DNA of 64,000 nt from Bacteroidota bacterium (GTDB lineage: Bacteria; Bacteroidota; Bacteroidia; SXHM01): the NCBI GenBank assembly GCA_947478465.1, contig CANJWH010000008.1, positions 4,008 through 68,007 of the forward strand, given 5' to 3'. The notes under the pieces were generated by a model, which searched no databases, was not told the origin of the DNA, and saw only the letters and a list, made by a program, of their open reading frames with translations. Position numbers and translations under genes: made by a program. How positions within the stretch are numbered: the first letter of the stretch is position 1; each line of letters begins with the position of its first letter. Positions 54,852 to 62,231 of this stretch are shown here, one piece after another.

Positions 54852-55313
54852 CACTTTATTCCTTTCGTGGTTTCGGTACCACACTGAGGAGGTCAACTTA
54901 TTCCTATGCCCGTCTCCTTTTCGCACTGCGGGGGACACTTTATTCCTATGTCCGTCCCCGATACACATTGCGGATGACACTTTATTCCCATCCGCAAACC
55001 AAGATAGGAATGAAGCGAATACTTTATTCCTATATCCGTCTCTGCTTCGCACTGCGGAGGGCACTTCATTCCCATCTGCAAAACAAGATAGGAATGAAGC
55101 TGGCACTTTATTCCTATATCCGTCTCCGTTTCGCACTGAGGAATACACTTCATACCAATCTGCAAACCAAGATAGGAATGAAGTGAGCACTTTATTCCCA
55201 TGTCCGTCTCCGTTTCGCACTGCAGAGGGTACTTCATTCCTATCATGGTTTCGGCACCAACCTGCGGAAGGCGATTTATTCCAAATCGAAAAGCCTGTTT
55301 GCAGTAAATCAAT
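54852..55313. repeat. Tandem array of 11 units of exactly 42 bp (three unit classes sharing the 14-nt core CACTTYATTCCYAT)
   Basis: Unit starts at 54852, 54894, 54936, 54978, 55020, 55062, 55104, 55146, 55188, 55230 and 55272, with no indels. Class order is C-A-A-B-A-B-A-B-A-C-degenerate. It lies between convergent rodA and the ppiD-like gene. Confidence 0.85.
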
Positions 55314-55334
55314 TATTTGAATTTGATACCAAAA

Positions 55335-55363
55335 GAAAAGCCCCGCCATTGGCGGGACTTTTC
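55335..55363 (-). terminator. Stem-loop terminator for the ppiD-like gene (possibly bidirectional)
   Basis: GAAAAGCCCCGCC-attg-GGCGGGACTTTTC (one mismatch). T-rich on both sides. Lies 20 nt downstream of the minus-strand stop at 55383. Confidence 0.6.
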
Positions 55364-55382
55364 TTTTATCAATAGTAATCGT

Positions 55383-57482
55383 TTAGTAGAATTTCACGCG
55401 GTTATCTTTAACCTCTGCTTTGTCTTTCAGTGCTTCGTACACTTCGTAATCGGCACGTGAGGCAAGGGTTTGTTCCAGTTGTTTTTTAGCAGCAGTAAAG
55501 TCAGTTACTTCGGGTGCTTCCACCACATTGTCAACATACACTACATACACACCTGCCAAACCTTTTACCGGTTTAGAAACTGCGGCAGCCTTTAATGCTG
55601 AAATAGTGCCCAGCACTTCGGGTTCTTTACCCATACCAGGTATTGAACCTGCGCTGAAAACTACGTTTTGTGCCGTTTCAACAGGGGCATTCATTTTTGC
55701 GGCAAGGTCATCAACTGATGGTTTTGCAGCAAGAGCAGCATCAAATTCTTTTATGAATTGTTCTGCTTTCTTTTCTTTACGCACTTCGGCTTCCAGTTCT
55801 TCTTTAATGCTTTCAAGTGGCTTAACACCTTTCTCGTATTTCTCAACAAGAACAACAACTACATATTTGCTTCCTACTTCATATACATCCGATACATCGC
55901 CTTTTTTAGCCGTGTTATATGCCCACTGAATTATAGGGCGTGGATTATCCAACCCGGCAACTTTTGCTTCCATTGGTTTAATGTTTGCGGCAATGCGCAC
56001 ATTGTAACCTGCTTCGGTTGCTGCAGCTTCAAATGTTTCGAGCGTGCGATTTTTAGTAGAGAAATCGCTTGCTTTAGAATAAATGTTCTGGAAGGTTTTG
56101 TCGCTTGGCTCGGTAAGGCGTTCCACTGTTCCTATGTTAAGCTTGCGGCTTTCTTTGCTTCTGTCAAGAATCTCAATCAGGTGAATACCAAATTGTGATT
56201 CAACAATAGGCATATCACCTTTTTTGCCATTGAAGCAGGCATCGTTAAAAGGAGCAACCATAACGTTTTCTTTAAACCAGCCAAGGTCGCCACCATTTGC
56301 ACCTGAACCGGCATCGGTTGAAAGAGCTTTGGCCAATTCGGCAAAATTGTTTTTTGATTTAATTACTTTTTTAAGACTGTCGGCTTTAGCTTTAACAAGC
56401 TCAGCATTTCCGCCTTCCACTTTTAAAAGAATGTGGCGGGCTTTAACTGAGTCAACAGCCATTTTAGTTCCAAGAAGTTTAGATACTTTCCAGCTTTCGT
56501 TTTCCAGATAAGGACCAGCAACGGTTCCAACCACAGCTTTTTTAAGGGTATCAACAGCAGCAGGAAGTGCTGATTCAGCATACCACATTGCCTTATAAGG
56601 CTTATCTGAATTGATGTTGATAAACAACGTATCGTTATCGGTGAGTTTAAATTCTTCAGTTGTTTTGTCAATCCATTTTTTTGCAGCCTGATTATCATCA
56701 TCAGAAGGTTTGATGTCAAAGGCCACATATTTAAGGTCAACAGCTTCGTCCTGTTTGTATTGCTCTTTATAGTTGTTGGCAGCATAATATGCCTTAATCT
56801 CTGCATCGGTAACTGCAACGCTGGTGTCGGTTGAAGCAGCATAACGCTTTGCCACAAAACGGATGTTTGCCATTTTGTTTTTAGCTACGTTATCGGCTTT
56901 TGCCTCAGCTGTGGTGATGTAAAGACCTTTTTTTACTAAGGTGTTGTATTTGGTGTAAACCTGTTGTTTTTTCAAATCTTTTTCAAATGCCAACCAGCGT
57001 TTTTTGGTGTCACCTGATTCGTCTTCGTCCATTCTTTTAAGAAAAGCGATTACGTTGGCAGGGTTAAACTCACCTGTTTGCGGGTTGCCGAAAGCCTGAC
57101 GCACCTGCGGGCTTGGATTTGGCCCCTGAATTATGTCAAATAATTCTTCAGCGCTAACACTTAGCCCCAATTCTTCGTGCTGGCTTCCCATAACAATCTC
57201 CTGAATTTGTTGTTCCCAGGTCTGGTTGCGGATAGCTTCTTTAGTAGCTTCGTCAATATTAGCCTGCTGGTAGTTGGCTTTGTAGTTTTCAATAGCTTCC
57301 TGAACTTTCAGTTCAAAATCCTGTCCTTCTATTTTTTGGCCGGCAATAATACCAACGTGGGTTTCGCCACGTTTAGAGCTGCTGAAAATGGAGCTGGGAT
57401 CAATAACAAACAGGGCAATACCAAGCCCAACGAATATAAGCGCTAAATAAGTTTTTTCTCTGATTTTCTGTAAAATTGACAT
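55383..57482 (-). CDS. Periplasmic chaperone / peptidyl-prolyl isomerase, PpiD-like (SurA-N plus parvulin domain)
   Basis: 699 aa. N-terminal TM anchor YLALIFVGLGIALFVI. Parvulin core ARHILLKV...DLGWF...FGIHLIEI. Confidence 0.8.
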   Translation of the reverse strand: MSILQKIREKTYLALIFVGLGIALFVIDPSSIFSSSKRGETHVGIIAGQKIEGQDFELKVQEAIENYKANYQQANIDEATKEAIRNQTWEQQIQEIVMGSQHEELGLSVSAEELFDIIQGPNPSPQVRQAFGNPQTGEFNPANVIAFLKRMDEDESGDTKKRWLAFEKDLKKQQVYTKYNTLVKKGLYITTAEAKADNVAKNKMANIRFVAKRYAASTDTSVAVTDAEIKAYYAANNYKEQYKQDEAVDLKYVAFDIKPSDDDNQAAKKWIDKTTEEFKLTDNDTLFININSDKPYKAMWYAESALPAAVDTLKKAVVGTVAGPYLENESWKVSKLLGTKMAVDSVKARHILLKVEGGNAELVKAKADSLKKVIKSKNNFAELAKALSTDAGSGANGGDLGWFKENVMVAPFNDACFNGKKGDMPIVESQFGIHLIEILDRSKESRKLNIGTVERLTEPSDKTFQNIYSKASDFSTKNRTLETFEAAATEAGYNVRIAANIKPMEAKVAGLDNPRPIIQWAYNTAKKGDVSDVYEVGSKYVVVVLVEKYEKGVKPLESIKEELEAEVRKEKKAEQFIKEFDAALAAKPSVDDLAAKMNAPVETAQNVVFSAGSIPGMGKEPEVLGTISALKAAAVSKPVKGLAGVYVVYVDNVVEAPEVTDFTAAKKQLEQTLASRADYEVYEALKDKAEVKDNRVKFY

Positions 57483-57560
57483 CGTTATCTTTTTTTATTT
57501 GGGGCTGCGAAGATAGAATTATTGTTGTAAAGTTGAAAAGATTGAAAATTTGGAATGCTT

Positions 57561-58268
57561 TTACTTCATATTATGATATACCGCCTGCACATCGTCATCG
57601 TCTTCAAAACGTTCAATCAGTGCATTAATTTCTGCTTGCTGCGCTTCATTTAACTCTACGGTAGTAGCCGGGAAACGCTGTTTAGTTGTACTCAGTATAG
57701 GAATATGTTTTTCCTCCAGGGCTTTCTGCATTCTACCCATGTCAACAAAATCAGTATAAAGGAAGGTGCCGTCTTCGTCTTTATTTATCTCTTCCAGACC
57801 ATGGTCAATCAGGTCAAGTTCAAGTTCTTCAATGTCTTTTCCTGTATCATCAATCTTGAAAACGCCTTTGCGCTCAAACATAAAAGCTACCGAACCATTA
57901 GTTCCCAAGGCACCGTTGGCGCGTGAAAAATACATACGGATATTTGCAACTGTGCGGGTATTATTATCTGAAGCACACTCAATCAGCATGGCAATACCAT
58001 ACGGTCCGTAACCTTCAAAAATGCTTTCTTCAAAATCTTTTTCCTCTTTGCTGGATGCGCGTTTAATAGCAGCATCAACTCTGTCTTTAGGCATGTTGAT
58101 AGCCTTTGCATTCTGGATGGCAGCGCGCAGGCGCGGGTTTCCGCCCGGGTCGGCACCTCCCTGTTTAATTGCTATCGCTATCTCTTTACCTATTTTAGTA
58201 AAGCCTTTCGCCATCTTGTCGAAGCGGGCAAACATGGTGTGTTTGCGTTTTTCAAATACTCTTCCCAT
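57561..58268 (-). CDS. YebC/PmpR-family DNA-binding transcriptional regulator
   Basis: 235 aa. FARFDKMAKGFTKIGKEIAIAIKQGGADPGGNPRLR...EGYGPYGIA matches the YebC family throughout. Confidence 0.9.
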   Translation of the reverse strand: MGRVFEKRKHTMFARFDKMAKGFTKIGKEIAIAIKQGGADPGGNPRLRAAIQNAKAINMPKDRVDAAIKRASSKEEKDFEESIFEGYGPYGIAMLIECASDNNTRTVANIRMYFSRANGALGTNGSVAFMFERKGVFKIDDTGKDIEELELDLIDHGLEEINKDEDGTFLYTDFVDMGRMQKALEEKHIPILSTTKQRFPATTVELNEAQQAEINALIERFEDDDDVQAVYHNMK

Positions 58269-58349
58269 GAGAAAAAAAGTTATTGGTTAATTAAGTTAAT
58301 AGTTAATCGGAAAAACCATTGGGGCGGCAAAAATAAGAAAGGCTGCGAA

Positions 58350-58817
58350 TTATTTCACTTTTGCCAGCGAACCATCATTATTTACATAGCGGAAATGTGC
58401 CCAATCTCCTATTCTGCCTTCGTCAAAACGTATACCGTAACAAAAGCGTGTAAATCCAAAACCATTATCAATTGTGCAGTAACGGTAGGTCATTAAATCG
58501 GGGTTCCAGGCTGTAGTGTAGTCAGCAGAAATATCAGGGGTGTATTTGCAATTATTAAAAACCAGAAGGTAGAAAATGGTAGAGGAATCTTTTCCTGCAA
58601 GCAGTTTAGTTTTTTCCTGCCATAAAGCTTTTGCCAGTTCTGCCCAGTTGGTATCGGCACTGTAATAGCTGGCGGCAACAATGCTGTCATCAGAATAAAC
58701 AGAAACTTTTTGAAGTAGTGTGTTATCGCCCTCACCGGGACAATTGGTTTTACTTCCGCAAGAATACAGCAAGCTAATTATTACAAAAAAAGCGAAAAAG
58801 TGTTTTATATAAGCCAT
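58350..58817 (-). CDS. Hypothetical lipoprotein
   Basis: Start placed at the ATG at 58817 (MAYIKHFFAFFVIISLLYSCGS, lipoprotein signal). About 155 aa. I recognise no domain. Confidence 0.5.
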   Translation of the reverse strand: MAYIKHFFAFFVIISLLYSCGSKTNCPGEGDNTLLQKVSVYSDDSIVAASYYSADTNWAELAKALWQEKTKLLAGKDSSTIFYLLVFNNCKYTPDISADYTTAWNPDLMTYRYCTIDNGFGFTRFCYGIRFDEGRIGDWAHFRYVNNDGSLAKVK

Positions 58818-58871
58818 AATATTAATGACCAAACCTAAGTAAAATTGAGATTTGTTCCCGTTATTTGCGGC

Positions 58872-59363
58872 ATGAAAAATTTAAGTCTTACCATTGACTA
58901 TATTGAATACGACTCTATTGATGAGTTAAATGCTGAAGATAAAAGCCTGATGCAAAAAGCCCAGGAAGCGGCAAACACAGCCTATGCGCCTTACTCCAAT
59001 TTCAGTGTTGGTGCTGCGGTGTTGCTTGAAAACGGTGTTATTGTAAAGGGTAGTAATCAGGAGAATGCAGCTTATCCTTCGGGATTATGCGCAGAACGGG
59101 TGGCTGTATTTTCTGCTGCTGCACAAAACCCGGGTGTTGCTTTTAAAACTATAGCCGTAACTGCAAAATCATCTAAAATAGCAGTTGAAAATCCTGTGGG
59201 GCCATGTGGCTCCTGCAGACAAGCAATATCGGAATATGAAGTACTATATAATAAGCCAATACGCTTCTTATTAATGGGCGAAAGAGGAAAAGTGCTGGAG
59301 ATTAAAGATGTGAAGAGCCTTTTACCTCTCCGATTTGAAGGAAAAGATGCTTTTAATTTTTGA
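58872..59363 (+). CDS. cdd: Cytidine deaminase
   Basis: Start placed at the ATG at 58872 (MKNLSLT...). Zinc motifs are present: CAERVA and PCGSCRQ. APYSNFSVGAA is a typical Cdd motif. Confidence 0.85.
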   Translation: MKNLSLTIDYIEYDSIDELNAEDKSLMQKAQEAANTAYAPYSNFSVGAAVLLENGVIVKGSNQENAAYPSGLCAERVAVFSAAAQNPGVAFKTIAVTAKSSKIAVENPVGPCGSCRQAISEYEVLYNKPIRFLLMGERGKVLEIKDVKSLLPLRFEGKDAFNF

Positions 59364-59378
59364 TAAGTTTTCAGTTAT

Positions 59379-59386
59379 TATTTTTG
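59379..59386 (+). promoter_or_regulatory. Putative -7 box TATTTTTG
   Basis: TAnnTTTG match 115 nt upstream of the ATG at 59501. Confidence 0.25.
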
Positions 59387-59500
59387 CAAGCAATATATCC
59401 CTAAATCACACGTTATTAAATTATTAAATGACCATAATCATATCCTCAATGGCATACTAATTGTCGAAATCATTTTACATTTACCCAAAATTTAATCACT

Positions 59501-60511
59501 ATGAACTATTCTCACGAACACACTAAAAAAAATTTACTCTCTGTGAGTAAAACAACAAAATCAATTCTGTTCCTCGCATTACTAACTATTGCAGGAGCAA
59601 CTCTTTTCTCGTCTTGTTTTAAACACAAGAACAATGCACAACTTGATGCCAATATTGACCAGCATAATAAAGATGCCAATGAATACAAATCAGAATTAGA
59701 TCAGGCAGATAATGATATTAATAATGCGCTGAGCGATATCCCTGCTTTTGGCAAAACTGAAAACGGTGCTGAAATACTGTCCAGCCCACTTTGCGGTTGC
59801 ACTATTGATTCAACCGACATTGCCAACAAAATTCTGTATTTCAACTTTGATGGTGTTACTCCTTGTTTCTCGCCTTCAGTTACCCGTTCAGGACAAATTA
59901 AAGTGCAACTTACTTCGGGAGTTCACTGGAGCGATGCAGGGGCTGTGCTTACCGAGACATTCACCAATTATAAAATAACCCGCCTGAGTGATAATAAGTC
60001 AATTATGTTCAACGGAGTGAAAACATTGGAGAATATTGCAGGACACAACTGGCTTACATTCCTTACCAGCCAAAGTACATTCTATCATCGTGAACGTGCG
60101 TTCAATGTTGATGTAACATTTGATAACAATCAGCATGCAACCTGGAACAGTGCCCGCACAACCGAGTGGAGTTATGTTCAGGCAGGAGGAGGAATTCCTT
60201 ATGCCAGAGTAGCTTTTGAAGCCAATGGCGATACTTCTGTTAATGGTTACAACACAGTTGATTCATGGGGCACCAACCGTTTCGGCAGTACTTTCACAAC
60301 GTATTACAACGCTCCTGTAAACTCAAATACGTATTGCGGTTTATGGCGCTTCTCTTCAGGAGAATTGGTTCACCACGTTGACAATAATGATTTCACCTTA
60401 ACACTTGGTGTAGACCAAAACGGAAATCCTTCTACTTTAAGTTGCGCGTATGGCTTTAAAGTAGAATGGAGTAATGGTAACAGCAATTATGATGTAGTGC
60501 TGAGCTACTAA
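59501..60511 (+). CDS. Hypothetical lipoprotein (about 336 aa, no recognised domain)
   Basis: Hydrophobic segment ILFLALLTIAGATLFSSCFK with a lipobox-like Cys. The rest is polar and predicted beta-rich. Followed by a strong terminator. Confidence 0.5.
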   Translation: MNYSHEHTKKNLLSVSKTTKSILFLALLTIAGATLFSSCFKHKNNAQLDANIDQHNKDANEYKSELDQADNDINNALSDIPAFGKTENGAEILSSPLCGCTIDSTDIANKILYFNFDGVTPCFSPSVTRSGQIKVQLTSGVHWSDAGAVLTETFTNYKITRLSDNKSIMFNGVKTLENIAGHNWLTFLTSQSTFYHRERAFNVDVTFDNNQHATWNSARTTEWSYVQAGGGIPYARVAFEANGDTSVNGYNTVDSWGTNRFGSTFTTYYNAPVNSNTYCGLWRFSSGELVHHVDNNDFTLTLGVDQNGNPSTLSCAYGFKVEWSNGNSNYDVVLSY

Positions 60512-60533
60512 TTTAAATTAATTTTTGTTTTGA

Positions 60534-60574
60534 GAAGTCCCGCCTTTCGTAAAGAAAGGCGGGACTTCTTTTTT
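60534..60574 (+). terminator. Rho-independent terminator
   Basis: 15-bp stem GAAGTCCCGCCTTTC-gtaaa-GAAAGGCGGGACTTC followed by T6. Confidence 0.8.
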
Positions 60575-60602
60575 AAATAATCGCTGTACATCAAACAAAA
60601 AC

Positions 60603-60610
60603 TATTTTTG
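60603..60610 (+). promoter_or_regulatory. Putative -7 box TATTTTTG for the efflux operon
   Basis: TAnnTTTG match 21 nt upstream of the ATG at 60631. Confidence 0.35.
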
Positions 60611-60630
60611 CGTTTAATTGTATAGTACAT

Positions 60631-61695
60631 ATGAAAACTCTGCGCACCGTTTTAATTATTGCTCTTGTAATTGCAATTTTTGTAATTATTAAAGTCAAAT
60701 TTTTTCCTGCCAACACTCCTCAGGCTATGCCTCAGCAACAGGGAAAGCCACAACCGGTAAACGTTACAGCATACATTGTAAAGCCCGAAAAACTAGATAA
60801 CAAAATTTTTATTTCGGGAACCCTGTTGTCAAACGAGGAAGTAATACTGATGCCCGAAGTAGCAGGAAAAATTTTGTCAATCGCCTTCAAAGAAGGAAGC
60901 GTAGTTAAGAAAGGTGATTTGCTGGTTAAAATAAATGATGAAGACTTGCAGGCGCAACTAAGAAAACTGCAATTACAGGAAAAGCTTGCTTCTGAAAAAG
61001 AAGGACGGCAAAAAAAATTGCTGGCAATAAATGGTATAAGCCAGGAAGAATATGATGCTTCATTAACACAACTAAATTCTATAGCGGCAGATATTGATGT
61101 GCTGCGAGCACAGATTTCAAAAACCCAAATTACGGCTCCTTTCAATGGAACAGTGGGCTTGAAAAATATCAGTGAAGGAAGTTACGTAACACCCGGCACT
61201 CCAATAGCAGCCATGCAACAAACCGACCCGATGAAACTTGATTTTTATGTTCCTGAAAAATATGCAGAACTGGTTAAGGTGAATGGCAAACTAACCTTCA
61301 CCACTGAAGTGGGAAATGAAAAGCACGATGCTGTTGTAATGGCAATTGAACCAAAAGTAGAAGCAGCAACACGCACCATACAGGTTAGAGCGAAAACAGA
61401 GAACAAAGGGGGTAATTTATTTTCCGGCTCGTTTGTTCGGATTGAATTTTCACTGGAAGAATCAGAAAATGCGCTGATGATACCAACTGAATCAATAATC
61501 CCGATTTTGAAAGGACAAAAAGTATTTGTCGCACGCGGAGGAATAGCAGAAGAAGTAAAAGTTGAAACAGGTTTGCGCAGCGAAAATAAAGTGCAGATAC
61601 TAAGTGGATTGTCGGTTGGAGACACTGTTATTGCAACCGGGATTATGCAACTGAAAGCAGGAAGTTTGTTAAACATAGTTACCATCAACGAATAA
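60631..61695 (+). CDS. RND efflux periplasmic adaptor (membrane fusion protein)
   Basis: 354 aa. N-terminal anchor, lipoyl/hairpin region GDLLVKINDEDLQAQL...Q..L......I.AP.NG.VG, and a beta-barrel C-terminus. Confidence 0.85.
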   Translation: MKTLRTVLIIALVIAIFVIIKVKFFPANTPQAMPQQQGKPQPVNVTAYIVKPEKLDNKIFISGTLLSNEEVILMPEVAGKILSIAFKEGSVVKKGDLLVKINDEDLQAQLRKLQLQEKLASEKEGRQKKLLAINGISQEEYDASLTQLNSIAADIDVLRAQISKTQITAPFNGTVGLKNISEGSYVTPGTPIAAMQQTDPMKLDFYVPEKYAELVKVNGKLTFTTEVGNEKHDAVVMAIEPKVEAATRTIQVRAKTENKGGNLFSGSFVRIEFSLEESENALMIPTESIIPILKGQKVFVARGGIAEEVKVETGLRSENKVQILSGLSVGDTVIATGIMQLKAGSLLNIVTINE

Positions 61696-61749
61696 CGTAT
61701 CTGTTTTCGAATATACGAATGACCAACTAACGCAAGAAAGATCTGACCA

Positions 61750-62145
61750 ATGACTGACTTACGCAGGAACGATTTACTTTTCCCTGAATTAAGTTACAAA
61801 ATTATGGGATGTGCTTATGATGTGTATAATGAACTTGGACCAGGACACCATGAAAAATATTATCAAAGAGCAATTGCATTATTGATGAAAGAAAGGAATA
61901 TAAATTTCACAGAGCAATTATATGCGCCTTTAAAATTTCATGATACTGTAATCGGAAAATTATTTTTTGATTTTCTTGTTGAAGAAAAAGTAGTTGTCGA
62001 ACTAAAGAAATCAAATAATTATTCCAAACGACATATTGACCAAGTTTTAGAATATCTGAAAGCAAATAATCTTCAGTTAGCAATAATCATAAACTTCGGT
62101 AGTGATAAAGTTCATTCCAAACGTATCATTAATCAAGTACAGTAA
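61750..62145 (+). CDS. GxxExxY protein (PD-(D/E)XK-fold family; type often found in 23S rRNA intervening sequences)
   Basis: 131 aa. ELSYKIMGCAYDVYNELGPGHHEKYYQRAI contains G-HH-E-KY-Y. ...VVELKKS... and LQLAIIINFG fit the family layout. Confidence 0.8.
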   Translation: MTDLRRNDLLFPELSYKIMGCAYDVYNELGPGHHEKYYQRAIALLMKERNINFTEQLYAPLKFHDTVIGKLFFDFLVEEKVVVELKKSNNYSKRHIDQVLEYLKANNLQLAIIINFGSDKVHSKRIINQVQ

Positions 62146-62231
62146 TATGGTATTCGTATATTCAGACTTATTAGTTATTATCTGATGAAATCGCACATTC
62201 GTAAATTCGTAACAATATTCGTTATTCGCTG

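Noticed and set aside
54852-55313. CRISPR array
   Set aside because: The conserved part is only 14 nt. The 28-nt segments between cores are not unique spacers; they fall into three recurring classes. Units abut without a repeat/spacer size pattern, and no cas genes are in the window.
54768-55349. Four overlapping track ORFs (193 aa and 139 aa on the minus strand, 177 aa and 72 aa on the plus strand) as protein-coding genes
   Set aside because: All four lie on the 42-bp tandem array. A stop-free unit whose length is a multiple of 3 keeps several frames open automatically. None has a signal peptide, recognisable domain or plausible ribosome-binding context. I kept coding as a hypothesis under the repeat finding and did not call any of them as a CDS.
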